This document shows positions 43,211-54,168 of a stretch of 64,000 nt of DNA, one piece after another. Each line of letters opens with the position of its first letter. Position 1 is the stretch's first letter. Origin of the DNA: Candidatus Poribacteria bacterium. GTDB lineage: Bacteria; Poribacteria; WGA-4E; UBA9662. The stretch is from NCBI GenBank assembly GCA_036339735.1, contig JAYZAL010000038.1:1-64000 (forward strand), written 5' to 3'. Both the position numbers and the translations under genes were made by a program. The notes beneath the pieces were generated by a model. The model searched no databases, was not told the origin of the DNA, and saw only the letters and a list, made by a program, of their open reading frames with translations.

Positions 43211-43598
43211 ATGGCTTGTACTACCAAATCGGGGTAATTTAGTGTTAGTTTCTTATTCTAGACAAAAAAAACATTATTAGCAAGAAACCGGGCCAAAAAT
43301 GGACATTTTCCCGTATAGAGGAATAAAATCAAGTCCCGCCCCAAATTACAAAATAGCTGTTGTTTCTCTAAAAAAATTATCGCTCAATTTAAATACTTAA
43401 ATATTTAAATACAGAAAGCGGAAAATAACGAGAAATAAAAATCTAGCTAGCCCATACATAGTTCTTAAGATACATCAACCGATTGACAGTCTTCATTTTA
43501 GCTATTTTTATATTTCTATTGGAGGTAATCCCCAATCAATAATAGAAATATAATTTTGGGTGTTGTACAATAGCTCCCTACTTGCGTAGGAATTTACC

Positions 43599-44420
43599 AT
43601 GACACCTGAATAACGTTTCCTACTTGATGTCTCAGGATATCTGCATTTGAAAAGCGTATTAATCGGTAAAGAACTTGAGCAATGCCAAAAGAGTGTAGAA
43701 CAGTGTATTCGTACACCTGTTGATCAACTTCCATCAGGAATGAGTAGTTCTTACCCTGGTACAGATACGAGTATCGGTGGAATTGGTAGTGGGTTTTCAT
43801 ACAATAAATCATTGGAGCAGTTGCTTTTCCATCCGGACACTTGGCCTATTGTCAAAGAACTAACCGATAACAAACCTCGGTTCGATAGAGGTACCTTAGC
43901 GGTTAATACACATCTTACTACTCAAATGACCCCACTTTACTGCGCTAGAGAGGACTTTGGCTGGCAAAGTACTCGATATGGGTATAGGAACGGACGCATA
44001 TTCTGTGATACTTTTGTCATCTTCTTTTACTTCACTGATGTTTATCCAGGCGATGGTGGATTAATTGTTGTGCCGGGTTCACATAGGGTTGAGGTTCAAC
44101 GCCCTGCAAATTACTTTTTTCCTGATCTCAAGAACCCGAAAATTGATAATTTACCACAGATTACAAACATAACTCCTAAGGCTGGAGACGTCATTGTGAT
44201 CTCAGAACTTCTAACCCACGGAGCATTGATATGGAAACCGACAGACCGAGAAAGAAGATTTCTAATCCTTTGCTACAACCCACAATATTTTTATTATCAG
44301 AATGGTATTCGTGATGAAGTGATACCTAGACTTTCACCAGAAACAAAAGAATTGATCGCTTTTGCCTCTTTTACAGAAACCAAGGATATTTGCAACCGAG
44401 AAGTAATTGAGTTATCGTAA
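43599..44420 (+). pseudogene. PhyH-family dioxygenase, probable pseudogene
   Basis: ATG 43599 MTPE*RFLLDVSGYLHL (TAA at codon 5) aligns with MTEEQKYLFDLQGY of 47688; first metal His position reads Tyr (LYCARE); an in-frame TTG at 43647 could give a truncated product. Confidence 0.7.
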
Positions 44421-44677
44421 TTCCACACTAGCTCAAATAGCATTTAGGTTGCGTATTACAACTCAGCTTCCAACTCTTTATCCTAAGATCCAGATAGCAA
44501 TATCCGACTTCATTTGTATTGAATCAAAAAATCACCTACATTTACCTGAGATGCGTACTGAATAACTGTACTAATCTACGGCCCCCAACTTCGCTCCGGA
44601 AATTTTACGATATCGTTTGCAATTACTTAATCACAGCCGAGCTATCAAGAGGGAAGAACTAAAATTTTTCGTAGGGC

Positions 44678-45133
44678 ATGAATGGAAATAAACGCTTCAA
44701 AACTAAAATTGATTGGTGGTTGGCTGCCTTATTGTGCGTATCGCCCCTCATTTCTCTTCTTACGCTGTTAGGTTTCTACTTACTTGGTATTTCCTATGCA
44801 TGGCTAAGCTGGCTTGGGGTTCTAATTGTTGGTTTAATCTACGCTGGGCTGATTTTCCCGTTGTATTATGAACTCGAAGAAAAAACTTTGTTGATACGAT
44901 TCGGGTGTATTCGTTCCAGAATACCTTACCAACGTATCAACAAAGTTATTCCGACTCGCAGTACAAGTTCCAGCCCAGCCTTATCCTTAGATAGACTCTA
45001 CATAGATACAGGGGATAATTTAGCCGTTAATATATCCCCAGCCAATAAAATTCGTTTCTTACAAGCTCTGGAAGAAAAAGCCAATCATCTTGTATTGATC
45101 GACAATCAGTTAGTAATAAAAAATGAGTTATAA
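44678..45133 (+). CDS. Bacterial PH-domain membrane protein
   Basis: F.TKIDWW, two TMs, SSPALSLDRL.I, ISP. Confidence 0.8.
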   Translation: MNGNKRFKTKIDWWLAALLCVSPLISLLTLLGFYLLGISYAWLSWLGVLIVGLIYAGLIFPLYYELEEKTLLIRFGCIRSRIPYQRINKVIPTRSTSSSPALSLDRLYIDTGDNLAVNISPANKIRFLQALEEKANHLVLIDNQLVIKNEL

Positions 45134-45494
45134 GAAGTTGGGTTTTTGTACAAATTTTTTATCCGACATCAATACAAACTATAAAATTGGTGGTCTCTGT
45201 TTACCTGACAAGATAAGAGGAGACTATAAACAATGTCATGCTGCAGATTTGAGTAACGATTATTCTAATCTAAATAATGTGTTAGCATATACACGGTAAG
45301 TCGATAGAAAAGATAGATTTGACTCTTGTTAAAAAGTAGGGGGTATAATTTTAGCTGTCGATACAAACTAGGAAAACAGAACTTGGATATATTGTCAAAG
45401 TTTTTAGACTTGAACTTACAAACAAATCATATAAAGAGATTGACATTCTCTAAGTGCAAAAGCAAGTATAATACCTATTTGAGGGAACAAAATA

Positions 45495-46109
45495 ATGTTG
45501 CAGGTTAATAAATGGTACTACCGGTTTCTAATAACGTTGTCTATTATTTTTCTGGTTAGCTGTCAGAGTAAGGAAACACCCAAAGAATTAACAAATACAT
45601 CCATCCAGAGTCAACCCTCCAGTAATACTTCTCAGGTCCAAAAAGATACTAATTTGAATTACACCGCGGCCAGTGGTTGGATACGACAACAACCATCTTC
45701 ATCAATGAGACACGATCAATATGAATTACCTGGTCCTAAAGGTGTTGAAGCTGCAACCTTAGCAATCTTTAAGGGGATTGGTGGATCAATCAGTAGCAAT
45801 ATCGACCGATGGAAAAAGCAATTCGTACTGCCTCCAAATGGTTCAGATCCTGACTCGGTTAGGAAAGAATCCAAGGTTATCAATCAAATACCAGTACATA
45901 TTGTTGCTGTACAAGGGACTTACCTTAAGCCTAGAATGCCGATGATGATGGATGGTCCCAAAGTGGAACTCAAAAATTATGCTCTACTGGCAGCAATAGC
46001 TGAAACTAAGGATGGATTATGGTTTTTCAAAATAACTGGACCTGAAAAAACTGTTATGATGTGGCAAAACGATTTTGACAATTTCATCGGTACATTTAGA
46101 TTAAATTGA
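45495..46109 (+). CDS. Conserved hypothetical lipoprotein
   Basis: Lipobox LVSC; SSMR..QY.LPG, GG...NIDRW..QF, WFFK.TGP. Confidence 0.7.
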   Translation: MLQVNKWYYRFLITLSIIFLVSCQSKETPKELTNTSIQSQPSSNTSQVQKDTNLNYTAASGWIRQQPSSSMRHDQYELPGPKGVEAATLAIFKGIGGSISSNIDRWKKQFVLPPNGSDPDSVRKESKVINQIPVHIVAVQGTYLKPRMPMMMDGPKVELKNYALLAAIAETKDGLWFFKITGPEKTVMMWQNDFDNFIGTFRLN

Positions 46110-46226
46110 TTAATTCTATGTTTTTCGCACTGCATCTAAATCAATTCTTGTTTAAGATAAGGTCTAATAATTTTTGTGTTTTAGCTAGCTCAAATCATAC
46201 ACTAAATCAACTGAGTAAGTAACCCT

Positions 46227-47054
46227 ATGGTCGAGTTGACAAATAAACAAAGAGATAGTTTCTTTCGGACTGGTTTTTTCATCGTGCCAGGTGTCTTTGA
46301 TTCAGATGAAATTAAGGAGATGAAGAATAGCTTTCAAGCACTGCAAAAGACGGCTTTTTCCCTTGCTAATCTGCACCTGGAACAATTAAAACAAGAGAAA
46401 GAGACCTATATAATGCATCGGGGAGCACAATTTGTCTTAGGTCAAGTACAGAGAGGTACTCACTCAGGGCAACCTGCTATTCGCCGGATTTCATGGTGTG
46501 GTGCAGCAGAACCAACGTTGTCAAGATATGGAAAAGATCCTCGACTATTGTCTGTGGCCAGCCAATTACTGGGGGCTAAAAAGATGAATCAGCTAATCAA
46601 TCAGGCTCATTTTAAATTGCCCGGGGACGAAGTATTTTTTGAATGGCATCAAGATAGTACCCATCGCGGTTATGGTGGGAAATATTGGCAAGATATCAAC
46701 GGGCAAGGAAGTTATGTGCAAACCCTGATAGCACTGGATGAGATTACTAGTACTAATGGCCCCGTTTGCTTCATTCCTAATTCTGTTAAATTGGGGCATC
46801 TGGATCTACCCCAAAATCTGAATAACTGTTTAGCAACAGGAAAAATCAGATTAGAAGATGCCATTCCTATTGAAATGCAGGAGGGAAGTTTAGCAGTTTT
46901 TCACCCTTATGTTATTCATGGTAGCGAGCCTAACCGCTCAAAAGAAACACGCCGAGCATTCATCAATGGATATGCTTACCCGGGGGCTAACGCTAGAAAA
47001 TATCCTGGAGAAGGCGCTGGCCGAATTGTTGTCAGCAAACCGTCGCTAAACTAA
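46227..47054 (+). CDS. PhyH family Fe/2OG oxygenase
   Basis: F.RTGF, WHQD, NGP, IHGS.PN.S...RR. Confidence 0.9.
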   Translation: MVELTNKQRDSFFRTGFFIVPGVFDSDEIKEMKNSFQALQKTAFSLANLHLEQLKQEKETYIMHRGAQFVLGQVQRGTHSGQPAIRRISWCGAAEPTLSRYGKDPRLLSVASQLLGAKKMNQLINQAHFKLPGDEVFFEWHQDSTHRGYGGKYWQDINGQGSYVQTLIALDEITSTNGPVCFIPNSVKLGHLDLPQNLNNCLATGKIRLEDAIPIEMQEGSLAVFHPYVIHGSEPNRSKETRRAFINGYAYPGANARKYPGEGAGRIVVSKPSLN

Positions 47055-47066
47055 CCATTAGTTGAG

Positions 47067-47618
47067 ATGGAGATTAATAAAGCAGCTTTGCAGCTTACTT
47101 TTTTCATCTCCATCTCAACTAATCTGCTAGCACTAGAGCATATAGACAAAAAGCGAGTACTCGCAGTAGAAATATTGTCTTTTAGCTTTGGAGGTTTCTT
47201 GGGATATTACGGAACCCAAGTAGGTAATGGTAAATATGAAATTGGATTAGGTTTGGGTTATTTTGAGCCTAATGGTGAAAATGTAAATGCAATTGGTTTT
47301 TATCCATCCATACGGGCTTTTCACTTTGGTCGCCCGAAAGGTGTGTTTTATGAAGCTGGATTTGGTCTGGGAAGATTCAACTGGGATTACAAAGAATCAT
47401 CTCAACCAATAAAAAAAATATTGTTGTTTCCTTCACTCTACCTTGGATACAGAGTAGTATCATCAAAATTAGGGTTAACTTTTACATCCTACCTTGGAAC
47501 AAATTATATTTCTAGTTCATTGCAAGCACCAGATGGAAAGGTTGCAAAATTTGGAGACATTAGGCTAAATCGTGGCTTATCACCAGCGTTAGGTATGGAG
47601 ATAGGGTATTTATTTTGA
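47067..47618 (+). CDS. Putative outer-membrane beta-barrel protein
   Basis: Signal peptide, alternating Gly/aromatic strands, C-terminal EIGYLF. Confidence 0.6.
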   Translation: MEINKAALQLTFFISISTNLLALEHIDKKRVLAVEILSFSFGGFLGYYGTQVGNGKYEIGLGLGYFEPNGENVNAIGFYPSIRAFHFGRPKGVFYEAGFGLGRFNWDYKESSQPIKKILLFPSLYLGYRVVSSKLGLTFTSYLGTNYISSSLQAPDGKVAKFGDIRLNRGLSPALGMEIGYLF

Positions 47619-47687
47619 TATCAATCTTTTTTAAGGAAGATTAATAATCAACTTTCAGAACCTGAATTAAAAAAGTGAGGGAATAAC

Positions 47688-48431
47688 ATGACCGAAGAGC
47701 AGAAATATCTATTTGATCTTCAAGGGTATATTGTACTGAAGGATGTTGTACCATCATCTGTTATAGCGAGATGTAATCAATCACTAGATCGACTTGAGGA
47801 TATGCGTCCCCAAGATTTCCCTCCACCTCTTTGCTTAGGCACACAAAAAACAGAAAAAGAACTCTATATTTCTAATATTCTGGAATCTGATACTGCTTTC
47901 AATTTTTTGATTGATATTCCTGAAGTTTTATCAATAATTGATGGTGTGACCTATGGTTCATATCGACTTAATCACACCTATACTATCTATCGGTGGGCAG
48001 ACGGTTATTCAGGCTTACATGGGCACAATACCCCAATCAGTTATAAATGCCAGTATCATTTCCGCGATGGTGAAATGATTTCAACCTTAACCAAGGCCGT
48101 CTTTCCATTAATTGATTGTAGGGTTGAGGATGGTTGTTTTGCTGCTATTCCAGGGTCACATAAAAGTAATTTTAATCGGCCTTGGGGTAACCATCCTGAT
48201 GAAAACCCAGTTTTGATGCCAATCCTAGCGGATGTTGGAGACGCTATCATTTTCACTGAAGCGTTAACACATGGTTCTGTGGTCAATACTTCAGGTCGCC
48301 CACGACGAACTCTTTATTACTGTTACAGCGTTGGCTACATGCCAGACTGGGGCGGACAAGGATTAACCTTTAGTGATCACGTTATGGAAGGTTTGACAGA
48401 AGCTCAAAAAGAAATCATCCGCCTAAAATAA
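47688..48431 (+). CDS. PhyH family dioxygenase (non-canonical HGH motif)
   Basis: YLFDLQGY, GLHGH, IPGSHKSNF, FTEALTHGS, RR. Confidence 0.88.
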   Translation: MTEEQKYLFDLQGYIVLKDVVPSSVIARCNQSLDRLEDMRPQDFPPPLCLGTQKTEKELYISNILESDTAFNFLIDIPEVLSIIDGVTYGSYRLNHTYTIYRWADGYSGLHGHNTPISYKCQYHFRDGEMISTLTKAVFPLIDCRVEDGCFAAIPGSHKSNFNRPWGNHPDENPVLMPILADVGDAIIFTEALTHGSVVNTSGRPRRTLYYCYSVGYMPDWGGQGLTFSDHVMEGLTEAQKEIIRLK

Positions 48432-48491
48432 GTATTTTGCCTTGAACAAGTAGTATCTGTAATAAGCATTCAAGTAATTGTAAATCTCGTT

Positions 48492-49934
48492 TTGAGGAAT
48501 ATATTAAAATTAAGAAAAAATTCGGTATTTCTAATCATTCTGGCTTATCTAACGAGCATCGTTAATGCCGAAGAGTCAGTAAATGATGTTTTAACAAGGG
48601 ATACTATATTTCCATCTGATCGAGTTTTAGACGTTAAAATTACCATCGACCCCGAAGATTGGAATACTATTTGCCATCAAAGTCGAGACTTTCGGACTGC
48701 ATTAGCCGATAGGCGACAATACCATCCCATTGCCCATCCTTATACATACGTCGAAGCCATGGTTTCCATTGATGGAATTGGATTTGATCGTGTAGGCATT
48801 CGCAAAAAAGGATTTATTGGTTCTCAAAATCTAACCCGACCATCACTCAAAATAAAGCTAAATCACCTAGATAAACAGGGCCAGATTGATGGGGTAACGA
48901 ATTTGACTTTTAACAATAATCAACAAGATACTAGTCTGATTAGTCAATTTATGGGCTATGGATTGTTTAATGCGGCTGGTTTGCCTGCCCCACGTTGTGC
49001 TTATGCACACTTGAGTGTCAATGGTCAGAGTTTAGGTATTTATTCACATGTAGAAAGAATACATCGATCTTTTCTGAAGCGAAATTTTGGTGCTGATGAC
49101 GGAGTCTTATATGAGGGAACCGTAGTAGATTTTTTTGAAGATTGGTCAGGAAGTTTTGAAAAAAAACTAGGCAAAGACAAAATAGGTCGTCCGAGAATTA
49201 AACAGCTAATTCGTGCGCTACAGCTCGATAATCATGAAATTGAAAGTGCGATGAACGATTTGATTGATCTAAACTCTTTTTATCTGTTTTGGGCAATGGA
49301 AGGATTACTAGGTGCTTGGGATGGTTACTCAGGAAATAGTAATAATTTTTTTGTTTATTTAAATTCAGACACAAATAAATTTCACTTTATTCCTTGGGGA
49401 GCAGACAGTTTATTTGAGCGATTCAGTCACATCAAGGACGATAGGAAAGATCCTATTTCTGTCAAGACCAAAGGGTTGGTAGCACACAGGCTATACCAAT
49501 TAACATCAGGTCGCCGGCGCTATGAACATGCATTAAGAGAAATTTTAGAAAAGCATTGGAGCGAAAAAGATCTTATATCAGAAACAGAAAGATTAGAGGA
49601 GTTACTCAAACCCCATCTGTTAATTTATCAAAAATCCAGAATCAGCTTTCAAACTCAGAATAAAGCCAAAAGTAAACGGAACGAGAGAGATTTCGATCAA
49701 TCGTTAGAACAATTTATCGAATCGATAAAAAAGAAAAAGAAATTTATTCGTAAACGACGAACTGAAATTATGAGGGAAATTTCCGGAGGAATGCCAGAGT
49801 GGGATACTGATCCGGAATTACCATTTCTCATTAGTGGTATGGAGAAAGCTATGTCATTTTTCGCTGGTTGTATAGGTGGAGGGTGTATTGGGTTTTCTGC
49901 AGCAATACTGGTTGGTTGGCTGATCGATCTTTAG
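48492..49934 (+). CDS. CotH kinase family protein
   Basis: VGIRKKG, RPSLKI, GIYSHVE, WDGY..N.NN, FIPWGAD; signal peptide and C-terminal hydrophobic tail. Confidence 0.85.
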   Translation: MRNILKLRKNSVFLIILAYLTSIVNAEESVNDVLTRDTIFPSDRVLDVKITIDPEDWNTICHQSRDFRTALADRRQYHPIAHPYTYVEAMVSIDGIGFDRVGIRKKGFIGSQNLTRPSLKIKLNHLDKQGQIDGVTNLTFNNNQQDTSLISQFMGYGLFNAAGLPAPRCAYAHLSVNGQSLGIYSHVERIHRSFLKRNFGADDGVLYEGTVVDFFEDWSGSFEKKLGKDKIGRPRIKQLIRALQLDNHEIESAMNDLIDLNSFYLFWAMEGLLGAWDGYSGNSNNFFVYLNSDTNKFHFIPWGADSLFERFSHIKDDRKDPISVKTKGLVAHRLYQLTSGRRRYEHALREILEKHWSEKDLISETERLEELLKPHLLIYQKSRISFQTQNKAKSKRNERDFDQSLEQFIESIKKKKKFIRKRRTEIMREISGGMPEWDTDPELPFLISGMEKAMSFFAGCIGGGCIGFSAAILVGWLIDL

Positions 49935-50095
49935 TCTCAGGATAAGATTTATCTCTATCTGAGTAATTAACATGTCAAATCATAGATTGACTACAAGACA
50001 ATAATTAATTATCCTAGAAATAGCTCGAACTAATTTGTTTCTTCACTATTACTTTTAGTTTCACCATCTTTTATAAACTGTGATTACGTGATTTT

Positions 50096-51934
50096 ATGCT
50101 CAACTTGCGACAGCTCCTTTTTCAATTAATTCGATTTCCGGTTGTTTTAGTAATTCTTGGCATCTTTGTGTTAATCATAGGTCACGGTTGTGTGAAAGAA
50201 GACCCAGCTGAAAAATTACCCACTTCCGATAGAGGTTCAACTCTTATTTCAAAAGTTGATAGAAAAGACACTGTAATTTTTGATCTTGGTGGTAATGTTA
50301 TTCCTGATCCACATAATCTCAATCCATTGGTCCCCTCACCAACAGGACCTGGTATGCATCAGTGTGTGTGGGAACCTTTGTTTATTTTGAATTATGAGAC
50401 AGCAGAAATTGAGTCCTGGATTGGAGAATCCTTTATATCTAATCAAGAACTTGATGTTTGGACGCTAACGATTCGACCTGATGTTAAGTGGTCGGACGGT
50501 GAAGCCTTTACGGCAGACGATATTATTTTCACCATTAATACCCTACTTGCTGATGACACTCAATCTCTTGGAGATTCCGCTAGTATGCAACAGTGGGTCG
50601 AACGAGTTGAAAAGGTTGGACTTCTGAAGATCATATTTTATCTGAAGAGCCCCAACCCTCGTTTCAAATTAGATTATTTTTCGGTGCGAGTTGGTGGTAG
50701 CATGGTCATCTTACCAGAACACATATGGAGTGATAAAGATCCTTCTACTTTCAAGTTTTACGATCCCAAAAAAGGGTGGCCAATTGGTACAGGCGCCTAC
50801 CGCTTGGTCAGTACTAGTATGAACGAGGTTGTTTTTGATCGTCGAGACGACTGGTGGGGAGCCAAGTCAGGCTTCCAACCCTTGCCCGAGCCTAAACGTT
50901 TGATTTGGTTAATTACGGGCGTAGAAGAGAATCGGGCTTTACTGGCGGCGAATAGCGAACTCGATAGTCTTACTGATATAACATTGGGTGCGTTCGAGAG
51001 TATTCGTGCCCAAAATTCTAATATAGTAGCCTGGAAAGATGAGATGCCTTATGCATGGCTGGACCCTTGCCCAAGGCAGCTATCGGTCAATCATACAATT
51101 CCTCCTTGGGATAACCCAAAAATGAGGAAGGCTATTAGCTTGATTATTGATCGACAGCAGATTGTTAAAATCGCTTATGAGGATACCTCATTTCCTTCCA
51201 AAACAATTTTCGTTGAGTATCCAGCAATGAAGCCATATATAGATGCTATTCAGGACCTTTGGATCGACCCAAAAAGTAACGTTTCAGCCGGGCGGCAACT
51301 AATTGAAGCTGAAGGTTGGCAACTCGGAAGCAACGGATATTACCAAAAGTCAGGTGAAGAACTTTCTCTGAACATACAAACACATGCAGCGGCAATTGAG
51401 CTACGACGAGTAGGAGATGTGATTGTCGAACAACTAAGATCGGCAGGGATTTTGGCTACTAATCGTGCTATTACTGGAGCAACTTGGCAGGAGAATAAAG
51501 CTTTTGGTAAATTTGAGGCCGTGGTAGATTGGGATGCTTGTGGATCGGTTAATGAACCTTGGTTGTCGATGAATCGGTACACTAACCGATTTCTACGTCC
51601 CGTTAACCAAAGGTCTCCTAGTGGTAATAACCATGTACGCTGGAGTGGTAGCCGAGCAGATAAATACAGTGAAATTGTGGCAAAAATCGGGGTTATGCCA
51701 CTTGGGGATCCGAAAATTGAGGCTATGGTAATCGAGGCCATGAAACTCTTTATGGATGATCAAGTAGTAATTCCAATAACTCAGGCCCGGAAACTAGTCC
51801 CGTTTATTACCACTTATTGGGAAGGTTGGCCAACAGCTAAAAACAATTATTTTCATCCACCAACTTGGTGGATGAGTACACATCGGATCATTCAGGGCCT
51901 AAGAAGGACTGGAAACAACCCTAATAGAAAATAA
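50096..51934 (+). CDS. ABC transporter substrate-binding lipoprotein, family 5 (orphan)
   Basis: Lipobox GHGC; VKWSDGEAFTADD, PIGTGAY, RKAISLIIDR, YWEGWPT. Confidence 0.9.
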   Translation: MLNLRQLLFQLIRFPVVLVILGIFVLIIGHGCVKEDPAEKLPTSDRGSTLISKVDRKDTVIFDLGGNVIPDPHNLNPLVPSPTGPGMHQCVWEPLFILNYETAEIESWIGESFISNQELDVWTLTIRPDVKWSDGEAFTADDIIFTINTLLADDTQSLGDSASMQQWVERVEKVGLLKIIFYLKSPNPRFKLDYFSVRVGGSMVILPEHIWSDKDPSTFKFYDPKKGWPIGTGAYRLVSTSMNEVVFDRRDDWWGAKSGFQPLPEPKRLIWLITGVEENRALLAANSELDSLTDITLGAFESIRAQNSNIVAWKDEMPYAWLDPCPRQLSVNHTIPPWDNPKMRKAISLIIDRQQIVKIAYEDTSFPSKTIFVEYPAMKPYIDAIQDLWIDPKSNVSAGRQLIEAEGWQLGSNGYYQKSGEELSLNIQTHAAAIELRRVGDVIVEQLRSAGILATNRAITGATWQENKAFGKFEAVVDWDACGSVNEPWLSMNRYTNRFLRPVNQRSPSGNNHVRWSGSRADKYSEIVAKIGVMPLGDPKIEAMVIEAMKLFMDDQVVIPITQARKLVPFITTYWEGWPTAKNNYFHPPTWWMSTHRIIQGLRRTGNNPNRK

Positions 51935-52384
51935 ATGCTGTCTGACCTTATATCCTACTTGTACTAACAACAACTATTTGCTAGACACCCTTGGCGCTTA
52001 ACCGACCAAAATTTCCTTTTTCACGGGCTTTCTATCTTAAAATTGAGATTCTCTAACATTTTGCCAGGCTTTTAACTTTCCATACTAATTGTGTAAGATT
52101 AATCTATGATATGAAATCCATTTCTCACTGATCCTCTAGAGACTTTGATGAGGTTTTTATAATTTTATTATCTTCCCTGATTCTTACTGACCTATCTATA
52201 TAGAACAGATTCTCTTATTTCGCTCTTCAATTAGTGTTTCTCAAGAGCAGAAAGGCTAAACTCGTACGTAGCCGAAGACTCAGCTATTTAGCGACCCAAA
52301 AATCAAGATCAATAGACTCCTTTGTCTTATCAGTAGTCATTTTTTAAACTTGGTAACCTTGAACTCTTGTTGGTAGGATTATTT

Positions 52385-52576
52385 CTACATCGTATTTTCC
52401 CGAGCTAATTCTATTTTATTACGATAACTCCGTATGAGTCTTTGATAAAATCCGTCTATTTTTGACCATTCTGTCGCATTCATACTTTGATATTGATGTT
52501 TTTTCTTTTCTGCAACTACGTTTCTGATGAGTTCTTTATAGTGTGTGACATCATGCTGCTTGCTAGTATTTATCAT
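52385..52576 (-). CDS. Small hypothetical protein
   Basis: 63-aa ORF with AAGGAG RBS; no recognised motif. Confidence 0.45.
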   Translation of the reverse strand: MINTSKQHDVTHYKELIRNVVAEKKKHQYQSMNATEWSKIDGFYQRLIRSYRNKIELARENTM

Positions 52577-52680
52577 AGTAAATCTCCTTAAATTTCTAGT
52601 TTTGTTTTCTTGAGTCTGTAGACAATTTGAGTCAGGTTATAAAACTTTTAGCCCATAAGCTTGTTACCGCTTGATTTTTC

Positions 52681-52826
52681 AAAAAACACCACTCCCGAGG
52701 ATTAATGTTAGGAATACTATTTGTGTTTTATACTGGTCGAGTGATTTGTTCGCTAGCCCGACGGTACGTAGCAAATAATTTCAAATTGCATAGTATTCAC
52801 CCCTTAGGTCCACTGGTCTCCTCTCA
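52681..52826. ncRNA. Candidate rod-like structured RNA
   Basis: Nested stems incl. perfect GAATACTAT/ATAGTATTC and end-to-end pairing; strand and family unresolved. Confidence 0.3.
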
Positions 52827-53598
52827 TATAATTCAGTCAGCAAAGAAAATAATCTAATTATCTGAATCCTTCAATTTATTAATAGAAGAGACGAAGGTGA
52901 AAAAAGTGAAATAAAAACTGGTTTTATTATTTGCATTTTCACCAATGGAAAAAGGCATAGAAAATTCAAACTTATTCCACCACACCAATTTCATTTTTTG
53001 AAACCAATATATCTTCTAATTGATTTGTTTACAGTGTTTCATGCTCTGTCGTCTCTAAACGAGAACCGTAGAGATTTGGCCTTAGAACCTCTACATTACG
53101 TGTTCAGAGTAAAAATCCAATCGAAGAGAAAATGCATCACTGACCTATTATGAATCTAAACTTAGAGCTCAAACAGTGATAGTGGTAAGTAGGAAAATAG
53201 AAGCTGGTTATTTTTCTGTTTTTATTGTGATAGGCAAGACTCCTATAATTTACGATTATTTCCTTATCGGTGATTGTTGGTATAATGTTTAGTAATAAAC
53301 ACTGTCTTGAATGATGCCGAAGATTTTATCGAGAATTTCAACATACTCATTTCACTAGAGATCATAGAAGTTTAGTAAGAACAGATGAGATTAATAATAT
53401 TTTTACGTGCCTTGATATTTACAAACAGTTAAATTATTGACCTGACGGATATAAGAAATTTTTTCAATCCAACCTAGACATACTGTTTAGCTTTCTATTG
53501 AACAGAGGAGTAGCAACTACAGAATTAATTTTCAAAACATCTTTTGGTGATCATTACAGAAGTGGGACTAGAAATAGAAGAATAAAATTTGGAGAATT

Positions 53599-54093
53599 AT
53601 GAGAAAAATATTGCTAGTAATAGTTTTTTCCCTATCCTATTTGCCGGTACATATCGTTTCTGCTCAAAATAATGAAAAAACAAGTCAGAGACAAATCAAT
53701 ACGAAGCACTCAATAGTACGTCGTATTTTTACTAATGGTAGGGTTGGTATGGGAGTAGGGTTGCCATATGGGTCACCGTTTTTAGGTTTGGGGATGCAAT
53801 TTGATATTAGTAATCGTTTGGCTTTGCTTGTTGGCAGTACCAAGCTCGCAGGTTGGATGGGAGCGGTAGGAATTCGGTACTATCCAGGGACAACTAAACA
53901 ACGTCTACGGCCACACCTGTCGGCACATGCATGGCCGTATGGGGGGGCAGTCTATGTCGGTTCCGATTATGACGCTGGTCAGAAAGGGGGGGTTGTTGCT
54001 ACTTGTGGTTTAGGAGGATTCGGAAATATAAAAACAAGTGATGGATTGATAGACGGATTGAGCTTATTACTTGGCTTTGGTTATGGTTTTTAA
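53599..54093 (+). CDS. Putative outer-membrane beta-barrel protein
   Basis: Signal peptide; G.GVG.PYG, G.RYY, C-terminal LGFGYGF; GGAG RBS. Confidence 0.6.
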   Translation: MRKILLVIVFSLSYLPVHIVSAQNNEKTSQRQINTKHSIVRRIFTNGRVGMGVGLPYGSPFLGLGMQFDISNRLALLVGSTKLAGWMGAVGIRYYPGTTKQRLRPHLSAHAWPYGGAVYVGSDYDAGQKGGVVATCGLGGFGNIKTSDGLIDGLSLLLGFGYGF

Positions 54094-54168
54094 AATCCTA
54101 TTTCTTTGTGGTAGCGGATAGAATTAACTGTCAAAGAGTTTTTCAGTTGATGTGTGAAGTTCAAAAAA

